Source: Dehalococcoidia bacterium (GTDB lineage: Bacteria > Chloroflexota > Dehalococcoidia > UBA2979). Taken from it: 64,000 nt of DNA. Position 1 is the stretch's first letter; each line of letters starts with the position of its first letter. Both the position numbers and the translations under genes were made by a program. The stretch lies in assembly GCA_050248355.1 (NCBI GenBank), contig JBFWSN010000004.1, positions 81,151-145,150 on the forward strand. Reading direction: 5' to 3'. Under the pieces are notes generated by a model that ran no database searches, was not told the origin of the DNA, and saw only the letters and a list, made by a program, of their open reading frames with translations. Shown piece after piece: positions 48,231 to 56,216 of the stretch.

Positions 48231-48667
48231 ACGCCGGTGTCCTCCGGGACCGTTCCCGCCTCTGCCTCGGCGGCCTTGAAGGCGGCCTGCTCGAGGTTCC
48301 AGTTCTCTCGTTCCCAGATCTCAAGGTAGTCGCCGCAACCGACGATCGATGCGCGTCCGTTGAGGCGGGCCATCGCGCGGACCGGCTGTGGCAGCAGGAT
48401 CCGCCCCTGCTTATCGAGGTCGACCGGGTAGGCGCCCGCCAGGAAGCTGCGACGAGTACGCCGGGCGCTGAGCGAGCGCGTGCTCTCTTCGATTTGGATA
48501 CGGCGCTGCGCCTCCTCCTCGAACCCGCGATGGGTATAGAGCTCGATGCACCCCTCCGCGTTGACGCGCACAACGCCTCCGTCGGCGAACTCCTGACGGT
48601 ACCCGGCCGGCACCGCAATGCGCCCGCGTTCGTCAATCGCGTGCTCGTACGTTCCGTAGAAGTACAC
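48227..48667 (-). CDS. mraZ: transcriptional regulator MraZ
   Basis: [24 protein letters not shown] ... [14 protein letters not shown] shows the two SpoVT/AbrB-like halves. The GTG at 48667 (GAGG 8 nt upstream) gives the family-typical 146 aa. An alternative ATG lies at 48721. Confidence 0.88.
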   Translation of the reverse strand: MYFYGTYEHAIDERGRIAVPAGYRQEFADGGVVRVNAEGCIELYTHRGFEEEAQRRIQIEESTRSLSARRTRRSFLAGAYPVDLDKQGRILLPQPVRAMARLNGRASIVGCGDYLEIWERENWNLEQAAFKAAEAEAGTVPEDTGV

Positions 48668-48724
48668 CCGCGCCGCCTCGCTGCAGGGTGGAGTGCGGAC
48701 GCTGTCCCCACTTTCCCCCATCTG

Positions 48725-48750
48725 CCCCCCGAGGCTACCACAATCCCCCA
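48725..48750 (-). promoter_or_regulatory. candidate MraZ operator (three TGGNN-like direct repeats on a 10-nt period)
   Basis: The minus strand reads TGGGG-gattg-TGGTA-gcctc-GGGGG immediately upstream of mraZ. It overlaps a weak TTGTCG-N18-TAGCCT promoter. Confidence 0.3.
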
Positions 48751-48809
48751 GACGGCGACAATCCGCCGTCCGGAGCACGCTGATAACATCGTTTCGGGAG
48801 GGAACGCAG

Positions 48810-49304
48810 TTGGAATACGTTGTACGTGCCGCGGTCCTGACGGTCAGCGATGCCGGCTCACGCGGGGAACGTGTCGACACGGCCGGCCCGGCCCTCGTCC
48901 GGATGCTGAGCGACGCCGGGTTTGCCGTCGCCGAGACGGCGATGTGCCCGGACGAGCCCGAGCAGATATCGGCGTTCCTGCGTCGCTGGGCCGACGACGA
49001 TGACTATGCGATCATCCTGACTGCGGGCGGGACAGGACTGAGCCCGCGCGACCGCACCCCCGAGGCCACGGCCGACGTGCTGGACTTCCGCGTGGATGGG
49101 ATGGCGGAGTCCATGCGCGCGGCGGGCCTGGCGTCGACGCCACGCGCGATGCTCTCGCGGGGTCTCGCCGGCGTGCGGGGGCGCACTCTGATCGTCAATC
49201 TCCCCGGCAGCGAACGAGGGGCGACTGAGAACCTCGCGACGATCCTGCCCGTGCTGCGACACGCCACCGACCTGCTGCGCGGCGACGCCGCGCACCCCCA
49301 GTGA
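48810..49304 (+). CDS. MogA/MoaB family molybdenum cofactor biosynthesis protein
   Basis: AAVLTVSDAGSRGERVDTAGPAL...IILTAGGTGLSPRDRTPEAT. TTG start at 48810 with GGGAGGGA 6 nt upstream. Confidence 0.85.
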   Translation: MEYVVRAAVLTVSDAGSRGERVDTAGPALVRMLSDAGFAVAETAMCPDEPEQISAFLRRWADDDDYAIILTAGGTGLSPRDRTPEATADVLDFRVDGMAESMRAAGLASTPRAMLSRGLAGVRGRTLIVNLPGSERGATENLATILPVLRHATDLLRGDAAHPQ

Positions 49305-49324
49305 AGGCGGAGGCCCCCAGCCGG

Positions 49325-50131
49325 CTAGCGGCCCTGGAACTCCGGTTCTCGCCGCTCGCGGAACGAGTTCACGCCTTCGACTCCGTCTTCGGTACGGAAC
49401 AGGTGCTGGACGAACTGGCCCGTGAGGTCCTGTACGCGCGCAAGCTCGTCGAATTCATTCTGATATGCCAGCCGCTTCGTCGCTGCGAGTCCCAGCGGCG
49501 CGCTGCGGGCGATGAGGTGCGCCATCTCGAATGCGCGGTCCATCAACTCGGCAGCCGGCACGACGTCGAGCACGATGCCGTATTCCTTCGCCTCTTCGGC
49601 GCTGAAGCGGCGGCCGGTCATCATCAGCTCCATCGCACGGTGCATGCCTACCGCGCGCGGCAGCAGGTACGGTACTCCGTAGTCGGCGACGATCCCGCGT
49701 TTGATTTGCGCCACCTGGAACTGCGCATCATCGGCGCAGATGCGGACATCGGTGCCGAGCGCGAGACCGAGGCCCATGCCCAGACAGAACCCGTTGATCG
49801 CGCCGATGACCGGTACGTCGCAGTAGCGCAAGCGGCTCACGGTGTACGCCTCGTGATGGCTTGGCCGCCAGGGCGGCCTTTGCTGTGAAAGGTCGTTCCC
49901 CGGGAACGACTTCACGTTGCCGCCGGCGCAGAACGCACGGCCCTCGCCGGTGAGGATGATCGCCCGGATCCGGTAGTCACCCGAGTTCAACCCGTGCAGG
50001 TATGCGTTGATCTCTTCGGTCATCTCGTCGCCGAACGCGTTGAGGCGTTCGGGACGGTTCAGCTTGACCACAGCGACCGGGCCGTGCTCCTCGATTCGGG
50101 TCCCTTCACCCTCGATCACCCTGTCTGGCAC
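49325..50131 (-). CDS. enoyl-CoA hydratase/isomerase family protein
   Basis: VAVVKLNRPERLNAF...ILTGEGRAFCAGGN...VIGAINGFCLGMG. Confidence 0.85.
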   Translation of the reverse strand: MPDRVIEGEGTRIEEHGPVAVVKLNRPERLNAFGDEMTEEINAYLHGLNSGDYRIRAIILTGEGRAFCAGGNVKSFPGNDLSQQRPPWRPSHHEAYTVSRLRYCDVPVIGAINGFCLGMGLGLALGTDVRICADDAQFQVAQIKRGIVADYGVPYLLPRAVGMHRAMELMMTGRRFSAEEAKEYGIVLDVVPAAELMDRAFEMAHLIARSAPLGLAATKRLAYQNEFDELARVQDLTGQFVQHLFRTEDGVEGVNSFRERREPEFQGR

Positions 50132-50217
50132 ATTCGCCTCCGTCGCTTGCGCTCAACTCGCTCCGATGGATAACAGATGATATGCACGCTGGCAACAGCG
50201 CCGACGCGCAACCGGCG

Positions 50218-51912
50218 CTACCGAAGCCAGACGCGGCTCAGGTCGACCTTCCCGATCGGTGCGACCGCATAATCCGCTGGTCCCGCGGGCCAGCCGGCCA
50301 CGCCGTCCTGCACGAGGTCGATCCGCGCCTGTGGGACACCGGTGGGGATGACGAAGGGGTTCTCGACCATGAGGCGGTTGAGCTGTGCGTAAACGTCGCG
50401 TGCCTCTACCGAGTCCGGAGCAAGCGCCTCGAGGCGGCGCACGAGCGCTGCGTACTCGGAATCCTCGAACGAGCTGAGGTTCGCGGCGATGCGAAACTCG
50501 AAGGTCTGCTGAAACAGCGTCAGCGGCGTCAGGTCGCCGGTGGTGTGCGCGGCGATCCAGAAGTCCGGCACCTCGCCGGCGCGCAGCCGCTGGCCGTATC
50601 GTGCCCCTTCGACCGCTTCGAGGCGCGTTTCAACCCCCACCGCCTTGAGGTCTGCCTGCAGCAGCTGCGCCTGCAGATCCTGGGCGGTCACGCCGCCGGC
50701 ATACTCGATCGTCAGTGGCGCGCTCTGGCTCCATCCGGCCTGCGCCAGCAGGTCGCGGGAACGCTGTGGTTCGAAGAGCGGCGCGTCGCGCGCCGGGTCG
50801 AACGCTGGCGACGATGGCGCCCACGGCTGCGTGGTGACCGTCCCGAACCCCTGGTTCGCGTCGCGCAACATACGTTCCCGGTCGACTGCGTAGAAGATCG
50901 CCTGCCGCACGCGCGGATCACGTAACTGCGGGTTACTCACCCGTATGCCGAGGTAGTACATGCCGCTCTTGCCGGCATCTCGTGTCTTGCCGTCATTGCG
51001 CAGCGGAGCCGCGTTCGCGGCGCTCATTGCGAGATACGCGTCGAGGTTCCCGCCCCTGAACGCGATCGTCGCGGTCGTCTGGTCGGCGAACAGGGACACA
51101 TCGATCGCATCGAGGTACGGCCGGCCGTCGGTTCCCGCGTTGTGCCAGTTTGGAAATCGCTCGAGACGGAAGCCGCGGCCACGGTCCCACGACGCGAGCT
51201 GGAACGGCCCGGTGCCGACGACCTTGCCCTGCGCGACCTCCCCGTACGTCGCCTCGTGGGCGATCTGCAGCTGGGTAAAGAAGTCGGCGAGGTTTGGGCG
51301 CGGCTGGTCGAACGTGAAATCTATCGTCCGCGAGTCGACGACCTTGGCATCGGTGATCAGCCGAGCGAAGGCGCCAAGCTCGATCGTCGCGGAGGAAGGG
51401 AGTCCGGCCGACGTGGGATCCTGGGCCGTACGCACGCTGAACAGGACATCGTCAGCGGTTACGGGAGCGCCGTTGTGGAACTCGAGGTCGGGCTTCAATG
51501 TGACGGAGACGCGGCGGAAGTCATTGCTGACCTCGAACCGCTCGGCCAGTACCGGCTCCGGGGTGAGGCCGGCGCGATATTCGATGAGCGTCTCGTGCGC
51601 CGCATAGAGGAGCAGCCGGTTCTGCGGGACGATCGCGAACGGATGGCCCGCCGCGAGGATGAGATCGGCGCCCTGGCCCATCCGGAGCGTCCCGCCGCGC
51701 CGGATGGGCTCGGCGGTCGCAGTTGCCGTCGGGGTGGGGTCTTCAGAATCGCCACCGAAGCACGAGGTGGAAACCAGCGCCGCCCCGATCGCCGCTGTTC
51801 CCGCGAGTCTGAGGAACCCGCGGCGATCCGCGTGCCACGCTGGTGGCCGAGGGGAGACGAAGGCTGTCACGTCATGATGGGAATCGAAACCGACGGCTGT
51901 CGGCTGTGCCAC
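50218..51912 (-). CDS. ABC transporter substrate-binding lipoprotein, family 5, Tat signal
   Basis: RRGFLRLAGTAAIGAALVSTSC (twin-arginine signal plus lipobox), followed by a family-5 SBP body. Confidence 0.85.
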   Translation of the reverse strand: MAQPTAVGFDSHHDVTAFVSPRPPAWHADRRGFLRLAGTAAIGAALVSTSCFGGDSEDPTPTATATAEPIRRGGTLRMGQGADLILAAGHPFAIVPQNRLLLYAAHETLIEYRAGLTPEPVLAERFEVSNDFRRVSVTLKPDLEFHNGAPVTADDVLFSVRTAQDPTSAGLPSSATIELGAFARLITDAKVVDSRTIDFTFDQPRPNLADFFTQLQIAHEATYGEVAQGKVVGTGPFQLASWDRGRGFRLERFPNWHNAGTDGRPYLDAIDVSLFADQTTATIAFRGGNLDAYLAMSAANAAPLRNDGKTRDAGKSGMYYLGIRVSNPQLRDPRVRQAIFYAVDRERMLRDANQGFGTVTTQPWAPSSPAFDPARDAPLFEPQRSRDLLAQAGWSQSAPLTIEYAGGVTAQDLQAQLLQADLKAVGVETRLEAVEGARYGQRLRAGEVPDFWIAAHTTGDLTPLTLFQQTFEFRIAANLSSFEDSEYAALVRRLEALAPDSVEARDVYAQLNRLMVENPFVIPTGVPQARIDLVQDGVAGWPAGPADYAVAPIGKVDLSRVWLR

Positions 51913-52087
51913 TCGTCCCTCAATCCCAGTCGAGACGACCCGCTGGTCTACAGGCGCGTGTGGCGTGCCCGGATGGCTACGCCAGTTGAAGCGAAGACGA
52001 GTGTCGGAGCGCCGCGAGCGCCCGTCAAGGGACCTTCCGGGAGCCCCCGCGGGGACGGTCGCCCTTGGCTGGGCGCCTGGGAATGAA

Positions 52088-52119
52088 GAAAGGCCGGAGG
52101 AGGCGCCCTCCGGCCTTTC
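52088..52119 (-). terminator. rho-independent terminator (13-bp perfect stem)
   Basis: GAAAGGCCGGAGG-aggcgc-CCTCCGGCCTTTC lies 20 nt after the stop of 52140..52550. It is followed on the minus strand by TTCTTCATTCC. Confidence 0.65.
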
Positions 52120-52139
52120 TAGCTGAGGCGCTGCCGGCG

Positions 52140-52550
52140 CTACGCGACGGTAGCGGCGGCCGGCTTGAACCAGTCAGCGTGGCGACCGTGCACGTGGCTC
52201 ACGTACATCGTGACGCCGTGCACGTCGTGCTCGAGGCGGAAGCCCACGCGGCCGTTGCGCGCGAACTCAAGTGGCCGCGCCGGCGGCTCGGAGGCCAGCA
52301 CGAAGGGCAGGCCCTGCTCGTTGGCCATGTACCACGCGTCCATGAAGGTGCCGACGAACGACCGCGGCAGCTCGGAGAACTCGGCCCGCATCAGGTCACC
52401 CTCGGTGGCCGTGCAGTGCTGCGTGAAGGCGTCGACGATTTCCGCGGACGCGGCGTTCCCGTCCATGAGCGCACGGAACTCAGCCGCGCCCCCCTCAGAG
52501 TTGAGAACCTGCGTGACGATGGCGGTGATCCGCCGACATTCGAATGCCAT
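52140..52550 (-). CDS. hypothetical protein
   Basis: 136 aa, with GGGAG 7 nt upstream of the ATG and its own terminator. I recognise no family. Confidence 0.5.
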   Translation of the reverse strand: MAFECRRITAIVTQVLNSEGGAAEFRALMDGNAASAEIVDAFTQHCTATEGDLMRAEFSELPRSFVGTFMDAWYMANEQGLPFVLASEPPARPLEFARNGRVGFRLEHDVHGVTMYVSHVHGRHADWFKPAAATVA

Positions 52551-52590
52551 ATCAAACTCCCGTCGTAGTCTGCCCGTATTCGTATTCTTG

Positions 52591-52619
52591 TTGCCGACGC
52601 GTGACAGAACATCTAAGAT
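52591..52619 (+). promoter_or_regulatory. candidate promoter of the LuxR-family gene
   Basis: TTGCCG, 17-nt spacer, TAAGAT, in a locally AT-rich divergent intergenic region. Confidence 0.4.
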
Positions 52620-52654
52620 TTGCCATATTCATCGGTATATGTCACGAGGCCCGC

Positions 52655-54247
52655 GTGGACAGAGCAGTGCCGTCTGCCGAACCGGTTCCCGTTGAACCCA
52701 CTGGGGACCTCGTGTCGTTCGTCGATGAGGTGCGCCAGGCGCTACGGACGATCGATCCCGCCGATGCAGAGCTATGGCGGCGCGCGTATGAAAGCGGACT
52801 CCGGGAGGCCTATCGCCGAAAGGATGTGGAAGGCCTTGTTTCAATTGCGGGCTTCGCCGCAGCTTGCCTGGATGTCCAGGGTCATCATCAGGAGACGCTT
52901 GATCAGCTAGACTTCGCTGTGTCGATGGCACAAGGTAGCCCAGATGTCACGGTCTACCTTCTCAGTCTGAAATCAGGGTACGCGGCCCTCATGGGCGATC
53001 CGGTGCTGGCCGAGGGTGCGTTGGCTGACGCGCGGAAGTGCCTGAATGAGCCTCTGTCGGCACGTTCTCGTCTCGCTTTCGCTGCACATTCAGCTGCTGT
53101 TTCGTGCATAACTCTGCTGGGACGACCGACGTCCGATTTAGCGGCGCCCATCCCGGCATGCGAGCGCGAGGGTCTCGATTGGTTAGCCAGTGCCCTGCGA
53201 TGCTGGTTTATCGCCTACCTCTTCGCAGTTGGGCAGCGGCATCCCGCGCGTCCGTGGATTCAGACCCTTCGGCTGCAAGCGGAGGCAGTCGGGCACCCAG
53301 CGCGGATCGCGGACGCGGATGTCTTTAACGCGGCATGGGATGCAGTCGCGAAGATTGAGTTCGACGAGGATCTTCCGGACCTCGCGCGCTCGACGATGAA
53401 CCTGATAGCGCTCTGGCGGCTGGCGCTCCTCGGATTCAGGCGCAGCACGCTGACTGCCGAAGCAATTGATGGATCCCATTGGCTGGACGTACTCGACGAT
53501 GCCGGCCGGACGCTCCATCCCGCCTTCGTCGACGGCATGGATGCGTTCCGCGCTCTCGCCGGGGCATACCGGGGCGAGCCCGTGGAGGGCTTGAAGCCTC
53601 CCCGGCAGCCGAGCCTTGTGAATTGCGCCGCCGCGCTCGCCGGGGGCGAGGCGATCGCGATCGCCGGCAGCCAGGAGGCCGCCGCCACCTGGAAGGCATG
53701 GTTCGACGCCAGCTTCCCCTCGATCGTGAAGACTACAGCCGAGTGGCCCGTGGCCACCGCCCGGGTGAAGGGACTGCTGCACGTGCGGGCGGGCGCGGTC
53801 AAGAGCGGCATCCAGCTCCTCCAGGAGGCGGCGCGATGGGCCGACGAGGCCGGCTATCCCATCGAGGCCGCGCTCTCGAGGTTGCAACTCGCGGAGGTCC
53901 TCACTCACGCCAGCGTGCCGACGAGCCGCAAGCTCGACGCACGGAAGCTCAGGCGCGCGGGGTGGAGCGCGCTGCAAGAACTCGGCATCCCACCTCAGAG
54001 CCATGCGTACGCAGCCACCGCGGCCGTTGCACTCAGTCAGGATGACCGATCGCTCTCGCCACTCACCCCACGCGAGATCGAGGTACTCGGCCTCCTCGCG
54101 GACGGACTGACCTACAAGGAGATCGGACTCAAGCTCGGAATGAGCTGGCGTACCGCTCAGCTCCATGCCAGCCGCATCTACGAGAAGCTCGACGTCCACG
54201 GCAAGATGCAGGCATTCGAGGTCGCCCGAGAGTTGAAGATCCTCTAG
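52655..54247 (+). CDS. LuxR-family transcriptional regulator with a large helical-repeat N-terminal domain
   Basis: C-terminal HTH: LTPREIEVLGLLADGLTYKEIGLKLGMSWRTAQLHASRIYEKLDV. No Walker A motif and no receiver domain are visible. Start set at GTG 52655 (GAGG 6 nt upstream). The ORF-track ATG at 52544 would overlap the divergent gene and the promoter. Confidence 0.75.
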   Translation: MDRAVPSAEPVPVEPTGDLVSFVDEVRQALRTIDPADAELWRRAYESGLREAYRRKDVEGLVSIAGFAAACLDVQGHHQETLDQLDFAVSMAQGSPDVTVYLLSLKSGYAALMGDPVLAEGALADARKCLNEPLSARSRLAFAAHSAAVSCITLLGRPTSDLAAPIPACEREGLDWLASALRCWFIAYLFAVGQRHPARPWIQTLRLQAEAVGHPARIADADVFNAAWDAVAKIEFDEDLPDLARSTMNLIALWRLALLGFRRSTLTAEAIDGSHWLDVLDDAGRTLHPAFVDGMDAFRALAGAYRGEPVEGLKPPRQPSLVNCAAALAGGEAIAIAGSQEAAATWKAWFDASFPSIVKTTAEWPVATARVKGLLHVRAGAVKSGIQLLQEAARWADEAGYPIEAALSRLQLAEVLTHASVPTSRKLDARKLRRAGWSALQELGIPPQSHAYAATAAVALSQDDRSLSPLTPREIEVLGLLADGLTYKEIGLKLGMSWRTAQLHASRIYEKLDVHGKMQAFEVARELKIL

Positions 54248-54300
54248 GCGGTCTGCCCGGACTCCCCCTCGCCTGCCGCATCAATGACAATGGGTCACCC

Positions 54301-54388
54301 GGAGGGGTGCCTGAGCGGTTTAAAGGAGCGGTCTTGAAAACCGTCGTGGCGCAAGCCACCGTGGGTTCGAATCCCACCCCCTCCGCCA
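54301..54388 (+). tRNA. tRNA-Ser (TGA)
   Basis: GGAGGGG...CCCCTCC acceptor stem, anticodon loop CTTGAAA, a long variable arm (CGTGGCGCAAGCCACCG), T-loop GGTTCGAATCC and an encoded CCA. Confidence 0.95.
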
Positions 54389-54487
54389 CTGCCTCGGCAG
54401 GATGCAGATAGACGGCCGGCGTGGGTCGCACGGCCGACGGCGCCGGGTACTGGCCTTCCTCGACGCGGGGTCGGCTGAGCCGAGGCC

Positions 54488-54892
54488 CTAGACCGGCGCC
54501 GCGCCGTCCTCGCCCGACGCCGGAAGACCTTGCTGCGGTTGCACGATCAGCGTCGCCGTGCCGTGTGGGTGGCCCTGCGGGCCCGACGCCGTGATGATGT
54601 AGTCGCCCGCGTCGAAGTCCACGACGGCCTCCGCTGAGTCTCCGGGGTGTATCTCGCGGAGATGCACGACGGTCGAGTCGGGGCCATCTTGCGTGGCGAT
54701 ACGCAGGTCCACGGCTTCCTGTCCGCGGTTCATTGCGACCAATCGGACATCCCCTGCCGGGGCCACTGTGAGTCCGACTTCCACTTGCCCCTCGACGATC
54801 TCGATGAGGACGACTTCGACCCCATCGCGCTCTTCCTCTGACGTTATCGCCCCAGCCAGCCGGCGACCCTCACGAGCATCATCCTGACTCAT
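54488..54892 (-). CDS. hypothetical protein, cupredoxin-like beta-sandwich pattern lacking the Cys ligand
   Basis: VAPAGDVRLVAMNRGQEAVDLRI...IHPGDSAEAVVDFDAGDYIITASGPQGHPHGTATLIV mimics the cupredoxin layout (aG-v-N-G-h ... pG-Y-C-H-GM-G-V), but the Cys position is Ala/Ser. Confidence 0.4.
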   Translation of the reverse strand: MSQDDAREGRRLAGAITSEEERDGVEVVLIEIVEGQVEVGLTVAPAGDVRLVAMNRGQEAVDLRIATQDGPDSTVVHLREIHPGDSAEAVVDFDAGDYIITASGPQGHPHGTATLIVQPQQGLPASGEDGAAPV

Positions 54893-55118
54893 ATGGCTCC
54901 TCGCCTTCGCCCCCAACCTACGCCCGGGCTCGTCAACCGCGAGCGCTGCACAGGCCAGAGGCGTGTCAGGTGTGAGACAGCCGGAAGGGCAGCTATGTCC
55001 GGCGCAGCGCCCTGGCTCCGGGGGACAGCCGCCACGCGGTTGTAAGCCGGACTCGTCGTGACCGGCAGCTTCCGTAACGCGTGGTCACGCATCCTGCTTC
55101 TCACGAAAGGAGCGTGAC

Positions 55119-55349
55119 ATGGCTGAGGAACGCGAGAAGCTCGAGGGCAAGGGACAGGAAGCGCTCGGCGCCGCGCGCGAGAAGATCGGCGACATGACCG
55201 GGAACGAGCGCATGCAGGCGGAAGGCCAGGACGAGCAGGCCGAGGGCAAGGGCAAGCAGATGGCAGCGGACGTCAAGGGCAAGGCCCAGGACGCCGCTGA
55301 CGCAGTGAAGGACAAGGCGGGCGAGTTGGGCGAGAAGCTCGGCCGCTAA
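55119..55349 (+). CDS. CsbD family general stress protein
   Basis: KLEGKGQEALGAAREKIGDMTGNERMQAEGQDEQAEGKGKQ is the CsbD repeat pattern. AAAGGAG lies 7 nt upstream. Confidence 0.85.
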   Translation: MAEEREKLEGKGQEALGAAREKIGDMTGNERMQAEGQDEQAEGKGKQMAADVKGKAQDAADAVKDKAGELGEKLGR

Positions 55350-55367
55350 GTACCGACGCTCGAAGCG

Positions 55368-55400
55368 AAGGAGGCTCCCACTGGGAGCCTCCTTTCTTGT
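55368..55400 (+). terminator. rho-independent terminator of csbD
   Basis: AAGGAGGCTCCC-act-GGGAGCCTCCTT followed by TCTTGTTG. Confidence 0.7.
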
Positions 55401-55419
55401 TGTCTCGGGAGCCCGCGGA

Positions 55420-55575
55420 TCAGACACGGCGCCCTGAACGGCCGATCGTGACTCCGCCGAGGAGAGCGAGGATCAGCACGACCAGTAGGCCGAACAGGAA
55501 CGCCTTCGCGACAAAGACGCCGAGCCCGCCGAACAGCAATGCCAGGAGCAGCAGGACCAGGATCAGGGCGAGCAC
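55420..55575 (-). CDS. small (51 aa) two-TM hydrophobic protein (lmo0937-like stress peptide type)
   Basis: GGAGGAGG lies 6 nt upstream of the GTG at 55575. Sequence: VLALILVLLLLALLFGGLGVFVAKAFLFGLLVVLILALLGGVTIGRSGRRV. The longer ORF-track version (to 55887) lacks an SD. Confidence 0.5.
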   Translation of the reverse strand: MLALILVLLLLALLFGGLGVFVAKAFLFGLLVVLILALLGGVTIGRSGRRV

Positions 55576-56216
55576 AGTATACCTCCTCCATACCGGCCGC
55601 TTGCCGGACGCCGTATAGCGTTCCCTCGCAGCCATCCCCGCAGGGTGACCGGCTGCATTCGAGACGTAACGAACACCTTCCAACCGACGGGCGCCCATGG
55701 AAATGACATAGTGCTGCTGGTACGTCAAAATCCAGATGTCCCGTTGCATCGAGGCGCCGAAACTGCGTCTCGTACCCGGAGGGTGTCTGCCCCCACTCCC
55801 GTAATCCTCCGAGTACACACGGTCCTTCGGTTGCAGAGTGGTCAAACGACTCTCGTCGGTTGGCCGAGGAGCGCCTCCCTCGGCCAACCGAGGACCGTGC
55901 CCTTTCTGACGGCGCTCGCGCTCAGTCGCGGCTGTTTCCCGCGCACCGTATCAGCACCGGGAGTGACGCCGACTCGGCCGGCAACAGCCCGGTTCGCGAC
56001 TCCCGGCAGACTGCCACGGCGAGCGCCCTCGATCCGCTACTGAAGCGCTCGGCGTCGCGAACCTTCGCTGGCCTCCACGGTCGCAGGGGTCGCCGACGGA
56101 GGCTCATCTCATGCCGCACTCCGCCTCGCACTCGAGCCCATGCGCCGGGGTATCGCGAGCGCAAGTTGGGCGCGGGCATGACGCGCGGCCCATGCGCTGT
56201 TACTTCCGTGAGTGAT

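Noticed and set aside
55690-55760. A segment (minus strand ...GGGACATCTGGATTTTGACGTACCAGCAGC...) with a faint resemblance to the TPP-riboswitch pyrophosphate-sensor helix.
   Set aside because: The CUGAGA pyrimidine-sensor element and the ACCCU...GAACCUGA core are missing. The resemblance is limited to ATCTGGAT...CCAGC.
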